From contig JBHLRP010000002.1 of NCBI GenBank assembly GCA_048882485.1, positions 6,527 to 70,526 of the forward strand: DNA of 64,000 nt. The letters are read 5' to 3'. Source of the stretch: Candidatus Thorarchaeota archaeon. Its GTDB lineage: Archaea; Asgardarchaeota; Thorarchaeia; Thorarchaeales; Thorarchaeaceae. The notes below the pieces were generated by a model, which had not been told where the DNA came from, ran no database searches, and saw only the letters and a list, made by a program, of their open reading frames with translations. Position numbers and translations under genes: made by a program. Of this stretch, positions 56,493 through 64,000 are shown piece after piece (position 1 is the stretch's first letter; each line of letters begins with the position of its first letter).

Positions 56493-57218
56493 GTGTGTTT
56501 ATTGAGTCTGACAGCAAGAGACCTTCTCCAAAAGATTGCCCGTGACACTGGGTTGCCTTACAAGCATGTGGCTAGGAGTATCAATGAAGCAATGAATGAG
56601 GGGAAGGGACTACTTCAGGCAGTTCAAGCGCTGGCAAAGAAACATAGTCTTGATGCTGGGAATTATCAAATCGACGCCCTCAAGACTATCAAAGAGATAG
56701 AGAAGATCTTGAAAGAAGATTACACACAAACACTAATGATATCTGCAGTTCTAGGCCAAATGGTAGAAGCAAAAGGAAAGGATCGATTCCCAGCTCCTGC
56801 TTTCTTTGCCTTCCTCGAGGTTCTCTCTGCTATTCCTCAGGCACCAAGGGACGCTAAATCAGAAACATCTACCGAGATTGAAGAACTCACAACCCAAATA
56901 ATCGAACTAACCACCACACTAGTTTCAGTGATTTGCGAGTGGTCTCAGGAAGGAGTAATTGGGGTGGCAAAGGACTGCCCACCAGATTTGAAGGAACTTG
57001 CTCGTCTTGTCTTTCGGAAGACAATGATGCTTCAGTCGGGACTATGGGCATGCATCTCCTGCGGAAGAATTGTAGATGTGAAGAGTACAAGGGCATTGAT
57101 GTGCGAGGAGTGTGACATCAAGATGACTGACGATACAGTCAATCTTGGTGACTCTTCAAGGCAAACCCGAGATCGAACGGGTTTTGGCCAGACAAGGAAG
57201 TCGGAGGAGCTTAGTTAG
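56493..57218 (+). CDS. hypothetical protein with C-terminal zinc ribbon
   Basis: CISCG...CEEC. Confidence 0.65.
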   Translation: MCLLSLTARDLLQKIARDTGLPYKHVARSINEAMNEGKGLLQAVQALAKKHSLDAGNYQIDALKTIKEIEKILKEDYTQTLMISAVLGQMVEAKGKDRFPAPAFFAFLEVLSAIPQAPRDAKSETSTEIEELTTQIIELTTTLVSVICEWSQEGVIGVAKDCPPDLKELARLVFRKTMMLQSGLWACISCGRIVDVKSTRALMCEECDIKMTDDTVNLGDSSRQTRDRTGFGQTRKSEELS

Positions 57219-57883
57219 TCGGAGCCAGATTCATACCCCGGAATCCCCGCCATATTCAGAGTGAGTCCCTTGTCAAGGAGACTGAGTCCCATTTCTACAT
57301 CGCCCTGATGAACTGTTATGTCATCTACTTGGAGGATATGATCTGTTTCAGTTGCTTTCTCAAGAAACAATACAACTGGATCCAATCCAGCAACCGGTCC
57401 AATGCTAAGGAGTGGTGCAGTCAGACCATCGTAGAAATCGGATTTGCCAAGGGGTACTTCTATCCTCTTTAGAAGGCGATTGCCTTTTGATGACATCACC
57501 TGTCCGCATGTTGCCCCATCATGAGTCATAAGGGCAATGACGAATCTTGTTGGAACTTTCCCCCGCAGGTAGAATAACATGTCCGTGACCCATTCATATT
57601 CCCTTATCAGGATGTCACCGAAAATCAGCATTAGGTCGCCTGAAATCATAGCGTGGACCGGAACAACAGGAGCTTTCATCTCTGTTGGATATCTAGTCCA
57701 AGTTGAGAACGAGGGGGAATTGAAGACAAAAACGGTTTCAAACGTATTGTGTTCATAAAGCCGTCGGCAAATTGACTGTCCTATCGGATTCAAACCGAGG
57801 ATTATACTCACTTCTTCAAACCTAGTATCTTTCTTGTAGACCTCAAGAATTGGTGATATCCATTCCTGCTCGAAATCAACCAT
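57215..57883 (-). CDS. PAC2 (proteasome assembly chaperone)-like protein, divergent
   Basis: IILGL.PIG...L...F.SPSF, LIFGD, DGLTAPLL..G..GL..VVL. Confidence 0.5.
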   Translation of the reverse strand: MVDFEQEWISPILEVYKKDTRFEEVSIILGLNPIGQSICRRLYEHNTFETVFVFNSPSFSTWTRYPTEMKAPVVPVHAMISGDLMLIFGDILIREYEWVTDMLFYLRGKVPTRFVIALMTHDGATCGQVMSSKGNRLLKRIEVPLGKSDFYDGLTAPLLSIGPVAGLDPVVLFLEKATETDHILQVDDITVHQGDVEMGLSLLDKGLTLNMAGIPGYESGSD

Positions 57884-58057
57884 GTTCTTAATCCGGTAGA
57901 CTTTGGCTAATGACTGTTCTTGTCATTGCATGGAGCATGAGAATTCAATGAATCGCGCTATTAGAGCAATTTCGAATGATTGAGCCATTATCGATTCATT
58001 TATGTGTAAGTCCCGACGCGACCCGCCTCGTCAATCACTACAGGTGAGTGAGGTCTG

Positions 58058-59404
58058 TTGGATAACTACATAGAGAGTGTATACAACAAGGTCGTTGAGA
58101 AGGACCCACATCAGAAGGTCTTTCATCAGGCAGTTCTCGAGGTATTGGAATCTCTGGAACCTGCAGTAAAGAAATATCCAAAGTATAGGGAATTCTCGAT
58201 TCTTGAAAGAATAACTGAACCGGAGCGTATAGTTCAATTCAGGATTCCTTGGAAGGATCGAGATGGCAAGGTTCAGGTCAACAGAGGTTTCCGAATCCAG
58301 TTCAACAGCGCAATTGGCCCGTATAAGGGAGGCCTTCGCTTCCATCCAACTGTGACCCAAGGGATTTTGAAATTCCTGGGGTTCGAGCAGGTCTTCAAGA
58401 ATAGCCTGACAACGCTGCCTATGGGCGGTGGAAAAGGTGGCTCTGACTTCGATCCAAAGGGCAAGACTGATGCTGAGGTTGAGAATTTCTGTACTAGCTT
58501 CATGCTTGAGCTCTACAGGCATATTGGCCAGTTCATAGATGTTCCAGCTGGTGACATTGGCGTTGGAGCACGGGAGATTGGATATCTCTACGGCGCTTTT
58601 AGAAAGGCCACAAACGTTCATGGTACCTGCGTCCTTACTGGAAAAGGGCCCACTTATGGGGGGTCACTTATTCGTCCTGAGGCAACTGGCTATGGCTGTG
58701 TCTACTTTGTTGAGGAAATGTTGAAGACAAGAGGCGAAGACATGAAGGGCAAGACAGCTGTTGTTTCAGGCTCCGGCAATGTTGCCCAATATGCCACTGA
58801 GAAATGCATCGATCTAGGTGCTAAGGTCATTGCTCTGAGCGACTCAAGCGGCTGGATTCATGATCCAGATGGTATCGACAGAGAGAAGCTTGCATGGGTC
58901 AAGGAGTTAAAGAATGTTCGGAGAGGGCGAATCAAAGAGTACGGTGAACACTTCAAGGTAGACTATACTGCTGGTGGGAGTCCGTGGGAATTGAAGTGTG
59001 ATATCGCACTCCCAAGTGCTACTCAGAACGAGGTGGATGCCAAAGAGGCACAGGCACTTGTGGACAATGGCGTTTTAGCTGTCGGTGAGGGCGCAAATAT
59101 GCCATGCGTACCGGAAGCAGTCGAGATATTCCATGAGGCTAAGGTCCTCTATGGGCCTGGAAAGGCAGCTAACGCTGGTGGCGTTTCAGTATCTGGACTT
59201 GAGATGGCTCAGAACAGTCAGCGATACTTCTGGACCCGAGAGGAAGTCGACAAGAGATTGCATGGCATCATGGTTGCCATCCATGAAAATGCATACAAGA
59301 CCTCCGAGAAATTCGGCGAAAAAGGCAACTATGTCCTGGGTGCAAACATTGCAGGTTTCCTGAAAGTGGCTGATGCAATGATTGCTCAAGGATTCTATGC
59401 ATAA
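58058..59404 (+). CDS. gdhA: NADP-specific glutamate dehydrogenase
   Basis: GPYKGGLRFHP, GGGKGG, DVPAGDIG, SGSGNVA, EGANMP, KAANAGGV. Confidence 0.96.
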   Translation: MDNYIESVYNKVVEKDPHQKVFHQAVLEVLESLEPAVKKYPKYREFSILERITEPERIVQFRIPWKDRDGKVQVNRGFRIQFNSAIGPYKGGLRFHPTVTQGILKFLGFEQVFKNSLTTLPMGGGKGGSDFDPKGKTDAEVENFCTSFMLELYRHIGQFIDVPAGDIGVGAREIGYLYGAFRKATNVHGTCVLTGKGPTYGGSLIRPEATGYGCVYFVEEMLKTRGEDMKGKTAVVSGSGNVAQYATEKCIDLGAKVIALSDSSGWIHDPDGIDREKLAWVKELKNVRRGRIKEYGEHFKVDYTAGGSPWELKCDIALPSATQNEVDAKEAQALVDNGVLAVGEGANMPCVPEAVEIFHEAKVLYGPGKAANAGGVSVSGLEMAQNSQRYFWTREEVDKRLHGIMVAIHENAYKTSEKFGEKGNYVLGANIAGFLKVADAMIAQGFYA

Positions 59405-59415
59405 TTCTTATTTCC

Positions 59416-59439
59416 GCAGGCCCCGTCATAGGGGTCTGC
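59416..59439. terminator. hairpin between convergent genes
   Basis: GCAGGCCCC-GTCATA-GGGGTCTGC (one G-U pair). Confidence 0.45.
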
Positions 59440-59443
59440 ATTC

Positions 59444-60046
59444 TCATTTTCTTATTATCTCAAGAAGCTCGGCTAGTCTCCTCTTCACATCTGATTCAAC
59501 AGTTGACAGTTGTGCCAGCTCTTTAATTTGCTCAACACGTTGACTTCGATACTTCTGTTCTGAAATTGCACCCTGCCTTCTCTGAACCTCCAGCTTGTCC
59601 ATTTCGCCCGCAATCTTCCGCCGTTTCTGCTCCACCAACTCGAAGCCCTGTTTTAACGACATCCATTCAATCATAGCATTGCTCTTTTCCTGTTCCAAGC
59701 GTTCTCTTCGATGCTTCTCTTCTTCCAGTTGTTTCAACTGTCTATTTGCCGCGCGTATCTCTTTCTGAATCTCATAGAGGCGGCCTTCCACTTCTCTTTT
59801 GACCTGTACCATTTGTGTCGAAACACGCCATTTCTCTCTATATTCCTGAATGTGCTCTTTTTCAGATATCTCCCCTTTCTCTAACTTACTGTCAAGTTCA
59901 GAGAGTTCAGCTTTCACTTGGTCTAGTTGAGCCTTTAGTTCTTCGTAGGACTTCCGGAGAGAGACCCATTCAACACTATATTGAGCTAGTACATCTTTGG
60001 GGTCAAGGTAATAATCATCCCTTGAACTTCCCTCGTGGTGACTCAT
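59444..60046 (-). CDS. coiled-coil protein with two internal repeats, CdvA-C-like
   Basis: Two EW.SL...L....G.ISE..(H/Y) units. Confidence 0.65.
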   Translation of the reverse strand: MSHHEGSSRDDYYLDPKDVLAQYSVEWVSLRKSYEELKAQLDQVKAELSELDSKLEKGEISEKEHIQEYREKWRVSTQMVQVKREVEGRLYEIQKEIRAANRQLKQLEEEKHRRERLEQEKSNAMIEWMSLKQGFELVEQKRRKIAGEMDKLEVQRRQGAISEQKYRSQRVEQIKELAQLSTVESDVKRRLAELLEIIRK

Positions 60047-60130
60047 GAGCAGCTCTCCTATAATCGCATTTCACGTATCATTCATCCAGGCTTAAGGATT
60101 TTCTTAAGTACCTGCGAACGGTGCCGGGCT

Positions 60131-60535
<405 letters not shown>

Positions 60536-60638
60536 CTAGTTGGCTCATTCCGAGTTCTACTAATAAATGATTCACACATCCGGATAATACCTAGACTTTA
60601 TGAGGAGGTTGAATAGACCATTGTCTGAGGGAACAACG

Positions 60639-61706
60639 ATGGATTTGAGGATTGATCTTGTTCCGGAGGAGAATCGAAACCCTAAGCCAACAGATGTTAT
60701 GAGTGTTGCTTTTGGCACAATATTCACCGACCATATGTTCTCAATGACTCACTCAGAAGGGAAGTGGAAGAACCCTCTAATCGGACCTTTCAAATCCATA
60801 TCATTGAATCCCGCGGCTCTTGTATTACACTATGGCCAAGGAATCTTTGAAGGATTGAAAGCTTATCGACGTGGAAACCGAGTATTTCTTTTTAGACCTG
60901 ATAAGAACATAGAGCGGTTGAACGCTTCGGCAGAGAGAATGGTGATGCCCACTCTGGATAACGAATTTGCTTTGGAGTCCCTGAAGAAACTCATTCATAT
61001 TGAGCGTGACTGGGTTCCACAAGTTCCTGGTAGTTCATTGTATGTACGCCCAACCTTGATTGGCACTGAACCAAAGCTCGGTGTTAGGCCTTCCACGGAG
61101 TACCTGTATTATGTTATTCTAAGTCCTGTTGGACCCTATTTCAAAGAAGGATTCAATCCAGTTGGCATTATGATTGCTGAACGGCATGTAAGAGCCGCAG
61201 ATGGTGGCATAGGTTCAGCCAAGACTATGGGCAACTATGCTGCCGGGCTTTTGGCCGGTACGGAGGCTATTCAGGCTGGCTACTCACAAGTCTTGTGGCT
61301 TGATGCACATGAGAGGAAGTTTCTCGAGGAAGTTGGCACAATGAATATCTTTGTGGTATTTGATGATGAATTGGCGACGCCTCCACTAGCAGGCACGATT
61401 CTTCCTGGCATCACACGAGATTCGGTGTTGCAACTTGCCACTGACTGGGGCTTGAATGTCAAGGAACGAAAGATATCGATTGATGAAGTCATGAGCGGCC
61501 TCAAAGATGGAAAGGTCAAAGAGATTTTTGGATGTGGTACTGCAGCAATAATCGCTCCTGTCGGCACTCTTCACTATAAGGACACTCCTCATTCTGTTGG
61601 TGATGGAGGAATTGGCCCAACAACTCAGAAGCTCTATGATGAGATAGTAGGTATCCAATCAGGAGAGCGAGAAGACCCGCATGGATGGGTTATGGAAGTA
61701 GAATAG
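60639..61706 (+). CDS. ilvE: branched-chain amino acid aminotransferase
   Basis: FG..FTDHM, LHYGQGIFEGLKAY, SLYVRP, AKTMGNY, EVGTMN, ILPGITR, GTAA. Confidence 0.95.
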   Translation: MDLRIDLVPEENRNPKPTDVMSVAFGTIFTDHMFSMTHSEGKWKNPLIGPFKSISLNPAALVLHYGQGIFEGLKAYRRGNRVFLFRPDKNIERLNASAERMVMPTLDNEFALESLKKLIHIERDWVPQVPGSSLYVRPTLIGTEPKLGVRPSTEYLYYVILSPVGPYFKEGFNPVGIMIAERHVRAADGGIGSAKTMGNYAAGLLAGTEAIQAGYSQVLWLDAHERKFLEEVGTMNIFVVFDDELATPPLAGTILPGITRDSVLQLATDWGLNVKERKISIDEVMSGLKDGKVKEIFGCGTAAIIAPVGTLHYKDTPHSVGDGGIGPTTQKLYDEIVGIQSGEREDPHGWVMEVE

Positions 61707-61774
61707 ATGCAAACTGTCGTTCAGGAAGCTTTTTCCGCAGCTATGCCTTCATGTTGACTCCTGAGGTGGCCTAT

Positions 61775-62281
61775 CTGACATTACAATTGTCTGTTGATTT
61801 CACCAAATGTACCGGTTGTCGAATGTGTGAATTGGCCTGCTCCGCAAAACATGAAGGCAAATTCCAGCCAAGTTTGTCCCGTCTGAAGATAATAAAGTAT
61901 GACGATCTTGGCGTGGACATCCCAAATGTCTGTGGACCTTGCGAAACGGCACCCTGTATTGATATTTGCCCTGTCTATGCTATGCGACGAGACCCAATAT
62001 CAAAGATGACATTCCTTGTTGAGGAAAAATGCATCTTATGCAAGTCCTGTGTTGGTGCTTGTGTCAATGGTGTGATTCTCCTAGACAACGAGCGAATGAG
62101 AATTATCAAGTGTGACCATTGTGATGGAGACCCTGAGTGCGCCAAGGTTTGTCCCACTGGAGCCATAGTCTATGGGCCTGTATCTACAGTACGGACAGTT
62201 GACCGTCACTCCAAGATTCTAAGCTACCTCAAAGAGATACAGCGCACTGCTGATGCAACTAGTTCTAGCGGAGAGAGCTGA
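61775..62281 (+). CDS. 4Fe-4S dicluster electron-transfer subunit (AOR partner)
   Basis: CTGCRMCELAC, C..C..APC..CP, CILCKSCVGAC, KCDHC.GDP.C..VCP; start probably CTG at 61775 after GAGGTG (alternative ATG 61751). Confidence 0.9.
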   Translation: MTLQLSVDFTKCTGCRMCELACSAKHEGKFQPSLSRLKIIKYDDLGVDIPNVCGPCETAPCIDICPVYAMRRDPISKMTFLVEEKCILCKSCVGACVNGVILLDNERMRIIKCDHCDGDPECAKVCPTGAIVYGPVSTVRTVDRHSKILSYLKEIQRTADATSSSGES

Positions 62282-62282
62282 C

Positions 62283-64000
62283 TTGAAGTATGGCGGCTAT
62301 AGTGGCAGGATTCTCCGTGTGCTTCTAAATGAGGGTGAGTTCAAGTCGGATCCCCTTCCAACCGAATGGATTCGTGACTACATTGGAGGTGATGGCTTTG
62401 CAGCCAAACTCCTCTATCAAGAAGTGCCAGGGCGGATAGATGCACTTAGTCCCAAGAACAAATTGCTTATTGCAACAGGCCCCATCACTGGTACGCTATG
62501 GCCCATGAGCGGTAGAACTGTGTTTGTATCAAAGGCTGCTCTGACAGGAATATGGGGCGAGTCTCATGTGGGTGGTTTTCTTGGACCAGAGCTGAAGTAT
62601 GCTGGATATGATATGCTAGTTGTTGAAGGTGCAGCTGAGAAGCCTGTCTACATTCTCATAGAGGACGATGACCTCCAAATTATTGATGCAAGCGATTTCT
62701 GGGGAATGACGACAAATGATGTCACAGCTGCAATAAAGGCCAGACACAAAGACCCTGATATACAGGTTGCTGCGATTGGTCCTGCAGGGGAGAATAAAGT
62801 CCGCTTCTCTGCAGTGATAATTAATAATGCTAGAGCCGCAGGACGGACCGGGATGGGTGCAGTCCTTGGTTCAAAGAACGTGAAAGCTATTGCGATTCGT
62901 GGTCACGGGGCCGTCGAAGTGTATGACCATGAAGGCTTTGCTGCTCTAGCGAAGAAAGCTCATCGAAGAGTTAGAGATAATCCCCAAGCTCAGGAGATGG
63001 GTCGTTGGGGAACATGGATTCTAACTGCAGTGAAACAAGAGATTGGAGAGCTGCCCACATATAACCATAGAACAGGTGTATTCTCGGGCTGGGAAAAGCT
63101 GGCAGCCGATTATATTCGTCCTCGATATACTATTTCTGACCGAGCATGCTTTGGCTGTAGCCTTGGCTGCAAGAAAGTCAACTATGTACGTGAGGGCCTC
63201 TTTGCTGGGACACTTGAAGAAGGTCCTGAGTACGAGGGTCTCATGGCTTTTGGCAGCTCCCTAGGTATAGACGATTATCCAACTACGCTTAAGGCCAATC
63301 AGATATGCAATAGATATGGAATGGACATTATTTCAGCTGGCGCGACAATTGGTTTTGCCATGGAGGCATTTGAGAACGGGATAATAGATGAAAAGGACAC
63401 TGGCGGCCTTCGCCTAGAATGGGGAGATCGTGCGATGACCATTCGTCTTTTGGAGATGATGGGGAGGCGCGAAGGATTTGGTGATATTCTCGCAGAAGGG
63501 AGCGCCAAAGCCGCACAGAAGATAGGCAAAGGCGCAGAACAATACGCGCTTCATGTAAAAGGAATGGAGATATCAGGCCAAGATGGAAGAACTCATCGGA
63601 GTATTGGTCTAGGGCATGCAACTGGTGCTCGAGGAGCCGACCATCTTAGAAGCCTTGTTGTCGTTGACCAACTGGGCTATGAGGATATAGCTGCTGAGCG
63701 CTGGGGTGCCGACAAGCTCCCAGAGATCGTGGACCCGTACACAGAGAAATACAAGGCAATTGCAGTATTCGAGTCTGAAAACAGCTATTGCATCCGCGAT
63801 ACGTTGATTGTCTGCTGGTACTCGGTTTCGTGGCCGCCAATATTCTGGATGCAGGATTTCGCAGATATGTTGCCTTTGGCAACAGGCGTCAAGGAGTTTG
63901 GCAACGTAGACACGCTCATTCAGATAGCGGAGAGACAGGTCAATTTGAAGCGACTATTCAATGCAAGAGAAGGCATTTCGCGCAAGGATGATAACCTTCC
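62283..64000 (+). CDS. tungsten-containing aldehyde:ferredoxin oxidoreductase family protein (runs off window; absent from the ORF track)
   Basis: Translated by hand: MKYGGYSGRILRV...YIGG.G...GGFLGPELKYAGYD...IGPAGEN...RAAGRTGMGAVLGSKNVKAI...CFGC..GC...EGPEYE...GMD.IS...RGADH. Confidence 0.93.
   Translation, partial: MKYGGYSGRILRVLLNEGEFKSDPLPTEWIRDYIGGDGFAAKLLYQEVPGRIDALSPKNKLLIATGPITGTLWPMSGRTVFVSKAALTGIWGESHVGGFLGPELKYAGYDMLVVEGAAEKPVYILIEDDDLQIIDASDFWGMTTNDVTAAIKARHKDPDIQVAAIGPAGENKVRFSAVIINNARAAGRTGMGAVLGSKNVKAIAIRGHGAVEVYDHEGFAALAKKAHRRVRDNPQAQEMGRWGTWILTAVKQEIGELPTYNHRTGVFSGWEKLAADYIRPRYTISDRACFGCSLGCKKVNYVREGLFAGTLEEGPEYEGLMAFGSSLGIDDYPTTLKANQICNRYGMDIISAGATIGFAMEAFENGIIDEKDTGGLRLEWGDRAMTIRLLEMMGRREGFGDILAEGSAKAAQKIGKGAEQYALHVKGMEISGQDGRTHRSIGLGHATGARGADHLRSLVVVDQLGYEDIAAERWGADKLPEIVDPYTEKYKAIAVFESENSYCIRDTLIVCWYSVSWPPIFWMQDFADMLPLATGVKEFGNVDTLIQIAERQVNLKRLFNAREGISRKDDNL

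Noticed and set aside
58031-58621. 196-aa - strand ORF opposite gdhA
   Set aside because: Antisense frames to GDH genes are a common artefact; no independent motif.

Overview
Gene-dense archaeal chromosome segment, most consistent with an Asgard archaeon (probably Thorarchaeia). This is inferred from archaeal housekeeping families (PGI/PMI, AOR, IMPase/FBPase, PAC2-like), archaeal TATA and SD signals, and several eukaryotic-signature candidates (Snf7/ESCRT-III, E2F/DP-like winged helix, longin-like proteins). I see no rRNA, tRNA, CRISPR array or mobile element. Most genes are metabolic or transport: oligopeptide ABC system, GDH, IlvE, ThrC, WecB, SurE, Udp, Dcd, AOR. Four items stand out. (1) An ~11-kb cluster (7433-18205) holds four vWA proteins, three with a Cdc48/NSF-N-like domain in front, which is the architecture of the DEPDC5/Iml1 N-terminus. 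It also has a candidate longin with an FLCN/SMCR8-type D-x-x-A-R-G arginine-finger motif, an amidohydrolase, a divergently transcribed, apparently catalytically dead fusion copy of amidohydrolase plus vWA, and a HEAT protein with UBM-like repeats. (2) A chlI/chlD-type gene is split by an A10 slippery site; the -1 product would add a two-helix membrane anchor and a vWA domain. (3) Two tandem promoter-driven candidate small RNAs (41275-41580) have closed stems and CU-rich, anti-SD-like loops. (4) A 1146-aa GCS2-type ligase carries beta-sandwich repeats and is coupled to a degenerate N-formylglutamate-amidohydrolase-like gene. All family assignments come from motif recognition by eye; no searches were run.
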